Shown here piece by piece: positions 55,919 to 64,000 of a DNA stretch of 64,000 nucleotides. How positions within the stretch are numbered: the first letter of the stretch is position 1; each line of letters starts with the position of its first letter. The stretch comes from Saprospira grandis str. Lewin (GTDB taxonomy: Bacteria > Bacteroidota > Bacteroidia > Chitinophagales > Saprospiraceae). The position numbers and the translations under genes were made by a program. The DNA lies in the NCBI RefSeq assembly GCF_000250635.1, contig NC_016940.1, positions 1,352,995-1,416,994 on the forward strand. The letters are read 5' to 3'. The notes below the pieces were generated by a model. It ran no database searches. It was given only the letters and a program-made list of their open reading frames with translations, and was not told where the DNA came from.

Positions 55919-58171
55919 ATGAAAGCATTAGCCATTTTTCTCTTATCCAGTTTATTTTTTGGCCACCTAAATCTATTACAGATGAACCAGCGAGAACTTT
56001 TTTTGGCAAAACAGCAGCAGTATCAAGAAGATACAGCCCTTTATGAAGAAACCTTGGCCCAATATCAAGAACTCTATTCACTTTATCAGGAACTTCCGGC
56101 AGAGGACCCTGATCGCCCGAGCCTAAAGGCGGCTTTGCTCAAGACCAAAGAGGGTCTAAAGGCCTTTAAGCCACAGCTCAAAATGGATAAGGCCAATTTG
56201 GAGCAACTATTTTTGGCCCTTAAGGAAGAAGAAATTCCCAAAACTGATTTTTTATTAGAGTTTGCTCAGAATGCTCTAGACCTAGCAGATAAAGCAAGAA
56301 ATCTGAAGGGTAATATAAAAAATGACCAGTGGGCAAAAACTAGTACTTTAAATCATTTATACATTAAATTCAAGGAAGGTAAAAAGCTCAAAGTTTGCCG
56401 TCTGATTGCGGCAGATATTAAGGCTTTAGTAGAGCAGGCAGACAACAAGCCACCTAGTATATTCTTAGAAGAGTTGGCCCAAATTTTTGAGCGTTATGAT
56501 GCAGTAGAAAAGATTAAGAAGTATAGAGCTAAATCCCGCTTTATTGAGTCCACCATTGCGCCTTATGTCCTTTCCCCTAACCAACTAGAAAGCATTTTGG
56601 ACCAAGCCCTGGCCAAGGATGACTTTTTGACGGAAGAGGAGTTGGAGGAGAAGGAAAAAGAATTGGAGGAGACGAGAAAGGAGAAAGAAAAAGAGAAAGA
56701 AATGGCTATAGAGAAATGGACTGCAAAAGTTGAAAACTGGAAAACCCAAAGCATAAAAACTATTTATGAGCTGATGGTCTTAGATACGCTAGAAAAATAC
56801 CGCGATCTAAAAATTAACGCTATCTATGTATTAGAAGAAATAAAAGAATGGGATAAAGTTGATGACCCCAAAGTCGTTCAGCTAATTTTTGATTACAGCC
56901 GTAAACTCCTTCCGAAAGGACAACTAAGCAATGAAGATGTATCCAGTAATATGATTAAGGTCATCGATAAAACAGCTACCTTTTTAATTGCGCATCCTGA
57001 AGCATGGTATGAAAATCACAATAAAGTAGTGCTACCCAACCTTCACAAAATTCTAGCTCTTCTTGCAAGAATAGATGGTGCAAGAGCAAAATTTAACTGC
57101 TATGATATTTACTTAGATTGGGTAAGGCAGTCTAATGTTTTTGCAACTGACAATAGCGTCTATAAGCTAGATTGTTTAACTGAAAAATTAACCGCCTATT
57201 TCAAAAAAGAAGCCGCAATGGCTGCTTTTGCTCCAGCCTTGGAGGCAGAGCTTAAACAACTCAAAGCAAGCCTTAAGGGCAGAAATATAATTTTAGCCCG
57301 TCATCTTATACAGCCTTATAAAAAAGCTATAGGCAATACTTTTTTCCATAAAGAAAAAAATGGGCTAATCAGCTATATAAAAGCAAATAGGGCTAATGCA
57401 ACATTGGCTGAAGACTTAGCACTAATTCTCGCTCATAATTTTCAGGAGGAAAACATAAAAGAGGCCATAAAAAGCTGTCAACAAGCAGTAGTGCAATGGG
57501 TCCCTAGCCATACCGAAGATAGCTTAACTCAAAATATTCTACTCTCTAATGATAGTACCCTCTCGCTTACTATCAAATTTCAGTTGAATAAAAACAACGG
57601 GCAGTATGCGGCAAAAGCCACAGCTCTAAGCATGAATGTTAGTCAAAAGAAGGGGCCTGACTATGAAATCAAAGCCAGTTTTAATGCTCCGCTAATTGTG
57701 GAAGCTGATGGTACTGCTTATCATGAATTTTCTGCAGAGATTAGCTACAAAATAGCTGCGGATCAAAGAACTGTAAATATAGGTGCAGAGGCTGGAGGGG
57801 AATTCGGGAATAGTAAAACAGAAACTGATAGTTGGAACTATAGTCGAACAGGTGGTTTAAGTGAAATTTTAGAATATACGCACACTAGAGAAGATGGTGG
57901 AGAAACTGCCGACGAAACCTTTAGTTCAGGAAATGTTAGTATAAATGCCTCTGTAGCTAATACAAAGACAGATGGAATGCAAGAAGGTTTTTTCAAACTT
58001 GTTAAGGGGAGCTTACAAACGGTAAAGAAAGGAAATAGCGTAGAAGTACAATGGCTACTGCTTGATCCTATTGATAACTTTGTGTATCCAAATGGAGGAA
58101 TATCGGTTAAACAGGTCTTATCCAATAATGCTGATCAATTGATTAAAGAAATTCCACTCCATAAAAAATAA
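55919..58171 (+). CDS. hypothetical secreted protein (750 aa), AT-rich gene with coiled-coil EKEKE region and a Ser/Thr/Gly-rich C-terminal half
   Basis: Start at the ATG at 55919 (MKALAIFLLSSLFFGHLNLLQ signal peptide). The gene is markedly more A/T-rich than its neighbours. Confidence 0.6.
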   Translation: MKALAIFLLSSLFFGHLNLLQMNQRELFLAKQQQYQEDTALYEETLAQYQELYSLYQELPAEDPDRPSLKAALLKTKEGLKAFKPQLKMDKANLEQLFLALKEEEIPKTDFLLEFAQNALDLADKARNLKGNIKNDQWAKTSTLNHLYIKFKEGKKLKVCRLIAADIKALVEQADNKPPSIFLEELAQIFERYDAVEKIKKYRAKSRFIESTIAPYVLSPNQLESILDQALAKDDFLTEEELEEKEKELEETRKEKEKEKEMAIEKWTAKVENWKTQSIKTIYELMVLDTLEKYRDLKINAIYVLEEIKEWDKVDDPKVVQLIFDYSRKLLPKGQLSNEDVSSNMIKVIDKTATFLIAHPEAWYENHNKVVLPNLHKILALLARIDGARAKFNCYDIYLDWVRQSNVFATDNSVYKLDCLTEKLTAYFKKEAAMAAFAPALEAELKQLKASLKGRNIILARHLIQPYKKAIGNTFFHKEKNGLISYIKANRANATLAEDLALILAHNFQEENIKEAIKSCQQAVVQWVPSHTEDSLTQNILLSNDSTLSLTIKFQLNKNNGQYAAKATALSMNVSQKKGPDYEIKASFNAPLIVEADGTAYHEFSAEISYKIAADQRTVNIGAEAGGEFGNSKTETDSWNYSRTGGLSEILEYTHTREDGGETADETFSSGNVSINASVANTKTDGMQEGFFKLVKGSLQTVKKGNSVEVQWLLLDPIDNFVYPNGGISVKQVLSNNADQLIKEIPLHKK

Positions 58172-58184
58172 AAAACAGCTACTC

Positions 58185-58220
58185 AAAGCCCCAAACTTCC
58201 GTTTGGGGCTTTGTTCTTTC
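58185..58220 (+). terminator. rho-independent terminator of the 55919..58171 gene
   Basis: AAAGCCCCAAAC-TTCC-GTTTGGGGCTTT, a 12-bp stem, followed by a T-rich tail. Confidence 0.6.
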
Positions 58221-58227
58221 AATAAAA

Positions 58228-58343
58228 GATTGCGAAGCAATACCATCTGGCTGTAGGTTTCAACCTAAGTTCAATTCATGAGGGTTTTAACCCTCATTCA
58301 TAGTTCATTGCGAAGCAATACCATCTGGCTGTAGGTTTCAACC
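58228..58343. other. hairpin cluster: 39-nt direct repeat (ATTGCGAAGCAATACCATCTGGCTGTAGGTTTCAACCTA) x2 flanking an ATGAGGGTT-TT-AACCCTCAT hairpin
   Basis: Each repeat holds the ATTGC-GAA-GCAAT and CTGTAGGTT-TC-AACCTACAG stem-loops. Five hairpins lie within 116 nt. Confidence 0.6.
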
Positions 58344-58354
58344 TACAGTTAAAA

Positions 58355-58496
58355 GGGCCGAAGGCCCGAAGACTGAGGGGCTGTAGCAGGGCCGCCGCAG
58401 GCGGCAGACCGAGGCGCTTTGCGCCGAAGGGCCGAGCAGACCTGCGAGCTGCGAAATGGCCCGACCCAGCCAAAGGCTGGGGCAGCCCCAAAAAAA
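58355..58496 (-). repeat. GC-rich interspersed element, subfamily A1
   Basis: GGCCGAAGGCCC…CAGGGCCGCCGCAGGCGGCAGACCGAGGCG…GGGCCGAGCAGACCTGCGAGCTGCGAAATGGCCCGACCC…GGGGCAGCCCCAAAAAAA. Confidence 0.85.
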
Positions 58497-58527
58497 GAAA
58501 AGGTCCAGCACCGAAGCACTGGACCTT
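58491..58527 (-). terminator. rho-independent terminator of the MAM-domain T9SS cargo gene
   Basis: AGGTCCAG…CTGGACCT hairpin. The + strand A-run/AAGAAAA gives a T-rich tail on the minus strand. Confidence 0.6.
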
Positions 58528-58553
58528 TAAAGGCTTAGCAAAAGCTAATTAAA

Positions 58554-61500
58554 CTATTTGGCCAAAACGAAAGGCAATTGTAGGCGGCCATCCTTACCTT
58601 CTAGTTGAAGGATATATTGGCCAGCGGGCAAATTGCTAAGGTTAAAGTCATATTGTTGTTGGATGCTTGCGGTTTGCGTCCAAACTACTTGGCCCAAAGT
58701 ATTGAAGATGCGGATTTGTTGTGCACCCTCTAGGGCTTGTTCCAGTTGGAGTTGGAACTGACCGTTGTTGGGGTTGGGGAAGAGCTTGATATTTTGCTCA
58801 TTCCAAGCGGTGATGCTCGTGCTACAGTCAATGAAAGCAATGTTAATGCTAGCGCTGTTGCTACAAGCACCAGCTGTAGTATAAGTAACACTGTGGTTAG
58901 CATTGATTGGGCTATTATCAAAGTCAATTGTTCCAGTATTAGGATCAAGAACTAGGCCTGTACTACTACTGAAGGTTCCGCCTGAAACCATTGTAGTTGG
59001 CAAAGTGATAGCTTGAGTTCCTAGGCAGAAAGTTGTGGTATCATAGACAAAGCTAGCGTCATCACGAGCATTAAGTACGAGCATAACGGTATCTACATCG
59101 GGGCAATTCCCTTGTGTAGTATAAGAAATCACATAAGCACCCGCTTGGCTATTGGCGAGGTCAATAGTACCACCAAAGCTCTCGATAGCGATACCAGCTG
59201 TAGAGCTAAACAAACCGTTATTGCTGCCATTGATTTGCGCAATGGGGTTGGTTCCATCTAGGCAATAGCTGCTCATGGCATAGCTAATATCTGCGGTATC
59301 GGCTACATCGATATTGATAACAAAAGTATCGAGATCGGCACAAGCGTTGGGCGTAGTATAGACGATAGCGTGAAGACCAGCACTAGAGTTATCTACATTG
59401 ACAGCACCAGTAGTAGGATCGAGATCAACTACATTAGAGAGGCTGCTAAAGCTCCCCCCTTGAGTAGCTGCAATAGTAGGCGTAACAGTACCCGCACCAA
59501 AGCAATAATTAGCCATAGGATAGCTAATATCTGCGGTGTCGGCATCTGCGATAGCTACAGCAACAGTGTCATAATCCATACAGCTCATGTTTGGACCAAC
59601 AGCATAAATAACGTTGTAGGCTCCAATTGCAGAAGAACCAGCAGAAATCTCACCCGTTAGGCTATCAATGCTGAGTCCTGTAGTGCTCATGTAAGTACCG
59701 CCAAAACTACCGTTGTTAGTCACAGCAACTTGTCCAGAGTTTTGGCAAAAAGATGCAAAAGGATAGCTAATATCAGCAGAGGGACTCTCTGCATTTTGCG
59801 TGATGTTTAGGACATAAGCTCCCGTATTTGTACCTAGTCCTTCTACCATTACATAGAAAGTGTCTTGGTAGGTAACAGGCGTGCCCAAAATTTCTGAGCG
59901 CGTGCCACAGTTATCATCATTGTCAGCAAGCTGGTTGATTCCAGCATCATAGATACGGAGATAAGTATCAAAGCTAGAGCCACAAAGTGAGGCATCAATA
60001 GTGGTCACACAAGGATCAGTGATAATCAGTTGATACCATACATCAGCTGATGAATACCCCATAAAGTCCGTATAGCAACTAGCGGTACTGCTTGTATCAT
60101 TAAAAGTAGCCGTAGATACCATAATAGGATCTGTGGGCGTATCTCCGTTAACAGCACAAAGTGTAGTGAAACGAGTCATCGTCCAAGCAGAGGTATCGCC
60201 AGGAGTACAAACTGCACGAACATAAACATCATAGGTTGTATTATCCATCAGGCCTGTTTGGCTGCTACTATTTGTATTGATTACTGCAGTAGTTCCTGTG
60301 GGAGTATTTCCTGCCATCACTACTTCTACTTGGAAGTTAGTTGCAGCAGCTGTCCAGTTCAAATCAGCAGAAGTAGCTGTAATATTACTTGCTGTTAGGC
60401 CAGAAACAGGCACACAAGTAGGCAAGTCATCAAATGCAACATCATCAATTAGGATGTCATTTTCAAAAGGACTGCTAGGAGCATCTTCTACTACGGTAAA
60501 ACGGGCTTGTACAGGGCCCGTAATTGTAAATAGGCTCAAATCGACCATCACCTCATGCCAGTTGAGAAAGTCTTGGCGGATAGTATCTACAGTGGTCCAG
60601 TTGGCCCCATCATAGATATCAATAATCAAGGTATTATTTACCCCTGGATCATCTGTATTATTAGAGTATACCCAGAAAATAAGGCCTGGGCGAGTCAAGG
60701 CCGTAACATCTACTAGAGGAGTTTCTAGTGTAGAAATCTGAGTAGGGCCATTAGGCGTAGAACCATCAATCCAAGCATAATTTCCACCATTCCCCGTATG
60801 GTCGCCAGCATTTGCAGCGGCATAATCGGCAGCAGTGCTATACTTCCAAGCCTCAGAACCACTCTCGGTCCAACAGTTAGGCGTAGCAGAACCATCAAAG
60901 GTTTCTAGATAAGGTGCAGAGAATACACTACAAGCTGTTGTGAAGCTTCCTGCAATAAAACTATAACTAGAAGTATCTCCCACAGCACAAATTGCACGAA
61001 CATAAAACTCATAGTCAGTACTTGCAGCAAGGCCAGTAAGAGTAAAAGGTAGCGTGTTAGCCAATACTGAAGTTCCAGTTCCTTGAGCAAATCCCAATGG
61101 TCCATACTCAACTACATAAGAACCCGCAGCAATAGCATTATTATCTGTCCAACTTAAATCCACTGTAGTTGCACTAATATTTGAAGCAGTCAACACCGAT
61201 GGAGTAATACAAGAAGGTGCCTCCCCTACAACTACATCATCAATAGCCATATCACCAGTATAGCTAATTCCATGTATTCCTGTAAAGCGAAATTGTACAG
61301 AATCTAAACCCGCATAAGCAGCTAAACTAACGGTTTGTACCTGCCAAACATCATTATCATCTGTAAAAGGGCCAAAAACAGAGGTCCAAGCCCCCATGCT
61401 TCCAACATGTGCTTCAACAGTTAGGTCGCCCATCGTGGCCCCATACATATGCAAGGCAAAACTAAGTTGAGGAGCTGTTAAAGCTGTAAAATCAAAATAA

Positions 61501-61826
61501 GGGCTGCTCAGTATTGCACTACCACCTATTGTTCCCCCTGTAGTTTCTATGTAAAGGTACTGCCCAGTAGAATTACCTGGATTAAAATCAACAGAAGGAC
61601 CTGTTGACGAAGAGGTTGTCCCCCCAGCATCAGGCAACCAGTCTTGGTTGTCTGTTGTTTCATTTGTCCATCCTGCAGCAGCCATCGTATGAGCTGTAGT
61701 GGAGCTAGTACCGCTAGGCGTTTCTCCCTCAAAATCCTGCGTATAGGGAAAAGTATTTACAACCTGCGCCCTCAAGCCGGCAATGCTCAAAAAGAGACAG
61801 GCCGCAATTAGCGTATAAATTCTCAT
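58554..61826 (-). CDS. secreted multidomain protein (MAM domains, fibronectin-III-like domains) with T9SS C-terminal sorting domain
   Basis: Signal peptide MRIYTLIAACLFLSIAGLRAQ. MAM-like segment (NQDW…YLYIETTGG…). FN3-like LTASNISATTVDLSWT. C-terminal KLFPNPNNGQFQLQLE…IRIFNTLGQVV. Confidence 0.8.
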   Translation of the reverse strand: MRIYTLIAACLFLSIAGLRAQVVNTFPYTQDFEGETPSGTSSTTAHTMAAAGWTNETTDNQDWLPDAGGTTSSSTGPSVDFNPGNSTGQYLYIETTGGTIGGSAILSSPYFDFTALTAPQLSFALHMYGATMGDLTVEAHVGSMGAWTSVFGPFTDDNDVWQVQTVSLAAYAGLDSVQFRFTGIHGISYTGDMAIDDVVVGEAPSCITPSVLTASNISATTVDLSWTDNNAIAAGSYVVEYGPLGFAQGTGTSVLANTLPFTLTGLAASTDYEFYVRAICAVGDTSSYSFIAGSFTTACSVFSAPYLETFDGSATPNCWTESGSEAWKYSTAADYAAANAGDHTGNGGNYAWIDGSTPNGPTQISTLETPLVDVTALTRPGLIFWVYSNNTDDPGVNNTLIIDIYDGANWTTVDTIRQDFLNWHEVMVDLSLFTITGPVQARFTVVEDAPSSPFENDILIDDVAFDDLPTCVPVSGLTASNITATSADLNWTAAATNFQVEVVMAGNTPTGTTAVINTNSSSQTGLMDNTTYDVYVRAVCTPGDTSAWTMTRFTTLCAVNGDTPTDPIMVSTATFNDTSSTASCYTDFMGYSSADVWYQLIITDPCVTTIDASLCGSSFDTYLRIYDAGINQLADNDDNCGTRSEILGTPVTYQDTFYVMVEGLGTNTGAYVLNITQNAESPSADISYPFASFCQNSGQVAVTNNGSFGGTYMSTTGLSIDSLTGEISAGSSAIGAYNVIYAVGPNMSCMDYDTVAVAIADADTADISYPMANYCFGAGTVTPTIAATQGGSFSSLSNVVDLDPTTGAVNVDNSSAGLHAIVYTTPNACADLDTFVINIDVADTADISYAMSSYCLDGTNPIAQINGSNNGLFSSTAGIAIESFGGTIDLANSQAGAYVISYTTQGNCPDVDTVMLVLNARDDASFVYDTTTFCLGTQAITLPTTMVSGGTFSSSTGLVLDPNTGTIDFDNSPINANHSVTYTTAGACSNSASINIAFIDCSTSITAWNEQNIKLFPNPNNGQFQLQLEQALEGAQQIRIFNTLGQVVWTQTASIQQQYDFNLSNLPAGQYILQLEGKDGRLQLPFVLAK

Positions 61827-62064
61827 AAAGTATATGATTTAATATGAATGAAAAAGGCTTATCCAAACAAATGCTCAAAGCCTGCTATCGCTTTGAGCTC
61901 CTTACAAATTTAATCTTTTTTAGACAAAAAATTAAGCTTCTGCTCATTTAGCCCAAAACCAAAGCTTTAGCAAAAGCTTAAGTCTTTTTTGGTCAAGTTA
62001 TTGCAACATTGTTGCATTTATATTTATCTTTGCCCTTATTAACACTTGTTGAAATCCATTTATC

Positions 62065-62472
62065 ATGAACAAAACTTTATCCCTCTTGCTTTTGCTGGGC
62101 CTGTTTTTTTCTTTTTCGGCCTGTAGCAAGGAAGAGGAGGACATCCAAATCACAGAGTTTCAGGTCAGTTTTATTAGCCCCTCGGCCAATGAAACCCTAG
62201 CCGATCCCGCCAACGCCAATTTCCAACTAGAGGTCTCCACTCCAGAAAATATCCATGGGGTACAGGTTTTTCTCTACCTAGACGGAGACAGCAGCTATAT
62301 CGCCCCTTTTTCTCCTTCTAGAACGCCCCGAGATGGCGATCTCTTAGAGATTAACGAGCAAATTGACCTTTCGGCCTTTCCCGCCGGTAGCCAATTTCGC
62401 CTAGAGGTAAAGGGCTGCCTAGAACATGGCTGCCCCCAACCCATTATCCAAAGTATTCCTTTTAATATCTAA
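62065..62472 (+). CDS. small lipoprotein (135 aa), paralog 1 of a tandem pair
   Basis: MNKTLSLLLLLGLFFSFSAC lipobox followed by an acidic KEEEED linker. Shares the FLYLDGDSSYIAPF / LEVKGC motifs with the next gene. Confidence 0.65.
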   Translation: MNKTLSLLLLLGLFFSFSACSKEEEDIQITEFQVSFISPSANETLADPANANFQLEVSTPENIHGVQVFLYLDGDSSYIAPFSPSRTPRDGDLLEINEQIDLSAFPAGSQFRLEVKGCLEHGCPQPIIQSIPFNI

Positions 62473-62485
62473 AATAGCATCAATC

Positions 62486-62905
62486 ATGAAACTTTCTTAT
62501 TCTTGGCCCCTACTGCTTTTTGTCCTTCTTTTTGGCTTTTCTTCTTGCGAAAAGGAAGAAGAGGATGAGGACGATCACGACCATGCAGAAGTAAGCATCA
62601 ATTTCCTTTCTCCTGCCAATGAGGGGACCGTGGCCGACCCCAGCCAAACGCATATCCATGTTCAAGTTACCTCTGATGAGGACCTACACGATATTTATGT
62701 CTATCTCCAAGTGGAGGGCGACAGCAGTTATATCGCTCCTTTTGGCCCCATGACGGTGCATGAGCATGCCACTACCGTAGACATCGAAGAGGATATCGAC
62801 CTCTCTAGCTATCCCGCCGGTACCGAGTTTCACCTAGAGGTTGAAGCTTGTGAGGGCCATGATTGCGACGAAAAAGAAACCCAACATATTCACTTTTCTA
62901 TCTAG
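62486..62905 (+). CDS. small His/Asp/Glu-rich lipoprotein (139 aa), paralog 2
   Basis: MKLSYSWPLLLFVLLFGFSSC lipobox. EEEDEDDHDHAE, HIHVQV, HEHATT and CEGHDCDE…HIHF motifs. Paralogous to 62065..62472. Confidence 0.65.
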   Translation: MKLSYSWPLLLFVLLFGFSSCEKEEEDEDDHDHAEVSINFLSPANEGTVADPSQTHIHVQVTSDEDLHDIYVYLQVEGDSSYIAPFGPMTVHEHATTVDIEEDIDLSSYPAGTEFHLEVEACEGHDCDEKETQHIHFSI

Positions 62906-62934
62906 GTTTTAGTCTAGCCTACTTTCTACTAGGA

Positions 62935-62969
62935 CAGCAGCTACTGATGCAGTAGTTGCTGTTTTTTTT
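62935..62969 (+). terminator. rho-independent terminator of the lipoprotein pair
   Basis: CAGCAGCTACTG-ATG-CAGTAGTTGCTG, a 12-bp stem, followed by T8. Confidence 0.8.
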
Positions 62970-63116
62970 GGGGCCTGCCGCCTGCGGCGGCCGGGCCCTT
63001 GCAGGGCTCGCAGCTCTGCTCGGCCCTTCAGCCCTTCGGGCTTCGGTCTGGCCTGCGGCCACCCTTTCAGGCCCCTAGGCCAGTCGCTGCGCTCCTTTGC
63101 GGCGGCTCCGCCGCCT
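62963..63116 (+). repeat. GC-rich interspersed element, hybrid subtype
   Basis: TTTTTTTTGGGGCCTGCCGCCTGCGGCGGCCGGGCCCTTGCAGGGCTCGCAGCTCTGCTCGGCCC…GGTCTGGCCTGCGGCCACCCTTTCAGGCCCCTAGGCC…. Same architecture as 29834. Confidence 0.8.
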
Positions 63117-63136
63117 GTCTGACGCAATTGGACCAA

Positions 63137-63173
63137 TAAAAAAAGCGCTGCTAAACGAAGTTTAGTCAGCGCT
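63137..63173 (-). terminator. probable terminator of the OmpA-family gene, separated from its stop by a repeat copy
   Basis: GCGCTGCTAAAC-GAAG-TTTAGTCAGCGC hairpin with A8 on the + strand, giving T8 on the minus strand. Confidence 0.5.
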
Positions 63174-63195
63174 TGGGCGCTGGCTGGCCAGCGCT

Positions 63196-63339
63196 AGGGC
63201 CGCAAGGCCCTCATCGGCTTAGGGATGGATAGCAGTGGCCCGAAGGGCCAGACCTAGCGGGCGCAGCCCGCGCAGGGCCGAGCAGACCTGCGAGCTGCGA
63301 CACAGCCCGACCCGACCAAAGGGAGGGGAAGCCCCAAAA
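63196..63339 (-). repeat. GC-rich interspersed element, subfamily A1
   Basis: …AGGGATGGATAGCAGTGGCCCGAAGGGCCAGACC…GCAGGGCCGAGCAGACCTGCGAGCTGCGACACAGCCCGACCCGACC…GGGGAAGCCCCAAAA. Confidence 0.85.
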
Positions 63340-63343
63340 CCCC

Positions 63344-64000
63344 TTAATCCAACTCCAATACCTTCAATTCAATTCTTCGATTAAAGGCACGGCCTTCTTC
63401 TGTTTCATTGCTGGCCGCAGGATCATTTTCCCCATAGCCTTTGGCCTTCATGCGCTTAGCCGAAATTCCATGCTCTTTGAGGTAATCCACTACGGCCTTT
63501 GCCCGATTATTCGAAAGCGTTTGGTTGGCGGCCAAGCTTCCTCGGCTGTCGGTATGTCCCCCAATTTCAATCTTCATTTCTGGATATTGGGCCATTAGGG
63601 CCAAGAGGCGGTCCAGTTCTTTTTGGCCCTCTTCCTTGAGGTTATACTTATTGGTATCAAAGAAAATGTTGTTGAGGCGAATCTTGGCCCCCTTCTGAAT
63701 GGGGTGCAAATAAAGGTCTACCACCACTTCTTTATATTCTCCGCCCTTGGGCAAATCAATTGATTTACTTTCCGAAAGGAATTTCTCCTTTTGGGCCAAA
63801 AATCCGTAGTTAGTCCCTGAAGGCAAAACCAAGCTATAGGCCCCCGTTTGAGGGTTGGAGCGGGCAATGCCAGAAGGCCCCTCTTTGCCCAAGCTTTCGT
63901 ACTGCACCGAGGCCGCCAAAGGCGTGCTGTCTAGGGCATTAAATACTCGGCCACGGACCAATAATACGGCCTCTGGACGAGCCGACTCGGGCAATTGTAC
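63344..64000 (-). CDS. OmpA-family protein (C-terminal OmpA peptidoglycan-binding domain), N-terminus beyond window
   Basis: NIFFDTNKYNL…GHTDSRGS…NQTLSNNRAKAVVDYL…NRRIELKVL is a classic OmpA_C domain. The ORF stays open to the window edge. Confidence 0.8.
   Translation of the reverse strand, partial: VQLPESARPEAVLLVRGRVFNALDSTPLAASVQYESLGKEGPSGIARSNPQTGAYSLVLPSGTNYGFLAQKEKFLSESKSIDLPKGGEYKEVVVDLYLHPIQKGAKIRLNNIFFDTNKYNLKEEGQKELDRLLALMAQYPEMKIEIGGHTDSRGSLAANQTLSNNRAKAVVDYLKEHGISAKRMKAKGYGENDPAASNETEEGRAFNRRIELKVLELD

Overview
This 64 kb window looks like a Bacteroidota chromosome segment, and may be Saprospiraceae-like. The evidence is type IX secretion (T9SS) C-terminal sorting domains on three large secreted proteins, a PorE-like four-domain protein, TAnnTTTG-type promoter motifs and moderate GC.

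Recognisable genes include birA (partial), uvrC, two tandem tRNA-Asn(GTT), rpmI-rplT, rpsA, tsaB, hemJ, an ABC-F ATPase, an ECF sigma/anti-sigma pair and a Dna2/Bad-like nuclease-helicase. T9SS cargo comprises an S8 peptidase, a MAM/FN3 protein and a 2386-aa thrombospondin-type-3 giant adhesin.

Most of the unusual signal is non-coding:
- At least 21 copies of a GC-rich ~120-170 bp interspersed element superfamily sit almost exclusively in intergenic DNA. Some copies are inflated by an internal ~101 bp tandem sub-unit.
- A second, inverted-repeat-bearing miniature element family is present (one full copy and one solo end).
- Three tandem arrays (41 bp x7, 21 bp x15, 42 bp x13) have units built around short palindromes. 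All three lie in convergent intergenic regions bracketed by terminator hairpins.

Candidate novel loci are flagged rather than asserted:
- The Dna2/Bad-like nuclease-helicase with three unknown upstream genes.
- An AT-rich DUF3800-like gene next to the tRNA-Asn pair.
- A 1056-aa acidic protein with a small upstream ORF.
- An AT-rich 781-aa secreted protein.
- Two tandem His/acidic lipoprotein paralogs.

All domain calls are from reading the translated ORFs by eye. No searches were run.
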